This document shows positions 60,568 to 64,000 of a stretch of DNA of 64,000 nt, piece after piece (position 1 is the first letter of the stretch; every line of letters starts with the position of its first letter). A model generated the notes under the pieces. It ran no database searches. It saw nothing but the letters and a program-made list of their open reading frames with translations, and was not told the origin of the DNA. Location: positions 62,001 through 126,000 of the forward strand of contig QPGO01000049.1 of assembly GCA_008632985.1 (NCBI GenBank), given 5' to 3'. Source of the stretch: Psammoneis japonica (lineage: Eukaryota). Made by a program: the position numbers and the translations under genes.

Positions 60568-63500
60568 ATGAAACGAAGAAGCACAAAAAATAAAAGTTTC
60601 TCGGTCGTTGCTGTAGCTGTTCTTTTTATGAGTGTCTTTTGCGTTGGGACACTTGCTACAATCGCAACAGATACAACAACGACGACAAGACAACAAGCAG
60701 ACACTACAATTCTGGATACAAGCGGTGGAGCTACACTGGCATCATCGTCTTCCAAAACTCCACCGCCGATTGAAACGACATCGCTGATTGTTTGTGCCGT
60801 CGATGGGAGTGTCTACACAGTAGATGCCTTTTCCGGTGAGCTCAAAAGTCACTTTGTAACGGACAAGCCGCTGGTGACAGCCAAGGGTGCAGAAGACTGG
60901 GAGGAACGCATTGTTCCCGGTCTCGATGGACGACTCTATGCGCTCAAGGCGGGTCCCGAACTGAAACCTCTTCCACTGACCGTCATGGATATCTTATCCA
61001 ATCCGGTACGAACCTGCCGAGACGGAGGGCAAGATTGTGGTGTAGTCACGGGTATCAAAACGACGTCCTTGTATGGATTTGATCCAGCCACGGGTATACT
61101 GCAATGGAAGGAAGCAGACGGGGAAACAAAACGAGCTCGAGGTCATTCACGAGACAATGTGTCGGTGGTGTTACAACGAGAAGACTTTATTGTACGACAC
61201 GTTTCCGCTCTAGACGGAGAAGAATTGTGGGACGTGTCTGTTGGCAAGTACATTGCTCTGGACTTTTCTGGACCAGCTCTATCATCATCGTCATCATCAG
61301 CCACCATTCAACCGAGTCATGGACAAAAGTTATTGCCGGGTCGACCCGAGAAGGAATCTGTACCAGCACCAGACGACAATGACCTTCCCACGATTGCCTT
61401 TGATAAGATTGGAAACTCAGTCGTTGCCATTAATCAGACTACAGGAAACGTTCTGTGGAAGAGAAAAATGAGTAGCGTCATTGCTTCTGTGTATGGTGTG
61501 CGACAAGATGGCTGGGCCGAGCTGCGTGTCTGAACGATGATGAATTTGAAGCCACGATCAAAAAGGCCATGGACAGTACCAAAAAGACCGTTGCATCGTT
61601 GCCTGCGGCAAAGTCGCAAGAACCGGGTCTGGTGCTTTCCAATCGTGCGCGAATGCAACAAGAAGAGGGTAGTGAATTTATGAAGTCCTTTCTGAATGGA
61701 CACATGCCATCCTATGTGCGATTCAACACGGCAGAACAAGACAAGGGCGGGGCTCTGGTGCTGTACGAACCTCCGAATGTGGAAGGAATGCTTCAATGGA
61801 AAACAAAGCTAAACAAGCACGAATCAACCATGTTTGTACGTACACCCTCGTTTCGATCCGATGACGAGTCGTGCGTTTTATCCGCCGATGGGTTGTGTGA
61901 ATCCGACAGCGGATCTTTTCTGGATATCGACCGAGATTTTGGCTATGCCGGACAAAAGTTACTGCCTCCCGCACGAGGCGGGCCGTCGACTATCAATTTG
62001 CGAGGAACGCCCAGCCAGAATAGTGGAGGTCTGTTCTTGTCGTGGTCTGTCGTCATGGCGATTGTGCTATTCATGGTGGCAACCGTGGTGGCATTGCGAG
62101 TTTTGTATTTGCAAAAAAGGCACAAGTGGGTGTCACTGGCACAGACTCCACCTCTTTTGCCAACCAATCCAAACAGCCGAGAAGACGAACATGACGACAA
62201 GGCACGCTTTACGTTAGGAGATGGTTCTCCGTCGGATATCCATGCACACTCGGACCACCATTCTGATTATCTGGGGACTTTGTTGTCCACCAGTAGTTCC
62301 GCCAAGAGACAAAATAAGAAGAAAATGATGAGAAGCATGAGTATGCCAATGCTCCACGACGACCATGATGGTGACGACCTGATGCAGCTGACCGTTTGGG
62401 ATCCTTCCTCGGCAAAAGAGCTAGACAAGGTAGATGCTGGGCCACCTCTTAAGGTGGGCAAAAATGCGACAAGGGTCACGTCAGGGACAGCTGCCGTGAC
62501 GTCTCAGGCAACAACTCCTGTACCGGCGCCACCACCAAGTGTCGAAACCACGAGTCCTGGTCTCATTGATGGCGTTCCACTCGTACGGTATTCCCGATAT
62601 CGATCCGAGTTTCGAGAGGAGTCGGCGCTGGGAAAGGGCGGTTTTGGAACTGTGTTTCAGTGCATCAACGCTCTGGACGGCACCAAATATGCAGTCAAGA
62701 AGGTTCGGATAAAATCGCAGACGGACGCCTCTGGAAATCTGGTCAAGGCCTTTTCACGGCGACTGCAGCGTGTGCTGCGTGAGGTAAAGATCCTGGCGCT
62801 CTTGGATCACAAAATATTGTACGGTACTACGCTGCGTGGTTGGAAATAGAGGAGGAAGGGATGGGAGGAGATGATGCTTCCATGGTGGAATATGGAACGA
62901 CTACGGATAAGAAATTGCATCGTGTCTTTTCCAGTGAATTTCTGGCTGGTACCGCTGGCGCACCCGCGTCAGACACACAGAGCTTGTTGACTTCGGGCTT
63001 TCGATCAAGGCGTGTAAAGTCGAAGAAAAAGTATGCACTGTCGACTAATCCTTTGGGCACAAATATCAATTTGTTTGAGAATGAGGAATCGCTCGAGCTG
63101 AGTCGCCGTAGGAAATCTTTGAACGAATCGGATGATATTGGTTTCACCTTTGAGCGAAGTGGTAGTGATGTGGCGTCAAAAAAGACAGAGTCGAGCAACG
63201 CAACATCGACGGAGAAAATTACGCAGATGGTGCGAGGCGATGATGGGAGCGATTCCTCTACTAGCTCAAGTGATGCAAGTGTCAGTAGCGGCGAGCGAGA
63301 GAGCTCTGCCTGGCCATCAGAAGACCCTACTCCCACAAAGACCAATGCCGTTTCTGACAGCGAGAAGGAAACCGCTTCGAAGATAAAGGCATCAGACGGA
63401 GAGGACAGAGATGCGAGAAATCTTCCTGTGAGCCAAGTCACTCATACTCTGTACATACAAATGCAACTCTGCAGCCAGAAAAGTCTTTCTGATTTCCTTG

Positions 63501-64000
63501 TCAACAAAGACGCTCGAAGAAAAGGCACAACGTCATCTTATGGGGTGGATATTCCTTATGCACTTGGTTTGTTCAAGCAGATTGTCGCGGGTGTGAAACA
63601 TGTACACCAGCAGGGTTTGATTCATCGTGATTTGAAACCGAGCAACGCGTTCATCGACGAGGCGGGTGTTGTCAAGGTTGGAGATTTCGGGTTGAGCCGT
63701 GAGTCAGCGGCCGGGATAATGAAAGATGGCATTGAAGACAGTGACACTGCTGCGGATTCATTTCATAGCCCATTGGGAGGCGATGACGACAACACGGCAG
63801 GGGTAGGAACCCGATCATACGCCAGTCCTGAGCAAATGAGTGGTTCTGACTATGATGCTAGCACTGACATTTACTCTCTTGGCATTATGCTGTTTGAGTT
63901 GTGTTACCCCATGTACACTGGCATGGAGCGACACATTATGTTTGACGGTATCCGCAAGGGTATCTTCCCAGATGCTTGGAAAGAATATGTCGCAGTCGCC
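60568..64000 (+). CDS. PERK-like transmembrane eIF2-alpha kinase (incomplete at window end; 1-nt frameshifts near 61530 and 62812)
   Basis: Signal anchor; IRE1/PERK-type luminal motifs VDGSVYTVDAFSG and IVPGLDGRLY; TM helix; LGKGGFG, YAVKKV, NIVRYYAAWLE, long kinase insert, LYIQMQLC, HRDLKPSN, GDFGL, GTRSYASPEQ. Confidence 0.85.

Overview
Eukaryotic genomic DNA, most likely from a pennate diatom (inferred from a CoDi-type Ty1/copia element, a DUF1800/DUF1501 protein, diatom-style LRG/RxL secreted precursors and short GT-AG introns). Gene islands of normal composition (~2.2-6.0, ~10.5-36.9, ~60.1-64 kb) alternate with three sharply bounded transposon-derived blocks (1-~2.2, ~6.0-10.45, ~36.9-60.1 kb) that are almost free of the dinucleotide TpA. 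The strongest signal is an apparent RIP-like, transposon-targeted A:T->G:C hypermutation acting on TpA (TA->TG/CA, both strands). A full-length copia element (52676-59783, 276-bp LTRs, GCCAA TSD) has nearly all of its conserved Tyr codons turned into His or Cys, and its two LTRs differ only by transitions, including reciprocal TG/CA swaps. Older repeats have also lost CpG. Host genes: M64-type metallopeptidase, silacidin-like acidic secreted protein, prolyl aminopeptidase, sterol glucosyltransferase, two signal-anchored DFN kinases, F-box-like proteins, DUF1800/DUF1501 protein and a PERK-like eIF2-alpha kinase. Two abutting TIR elements keep their TpA. Four 1-nt frameshifts in host genes look like assembly errors. 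All counts are by eye and no database searches were run.
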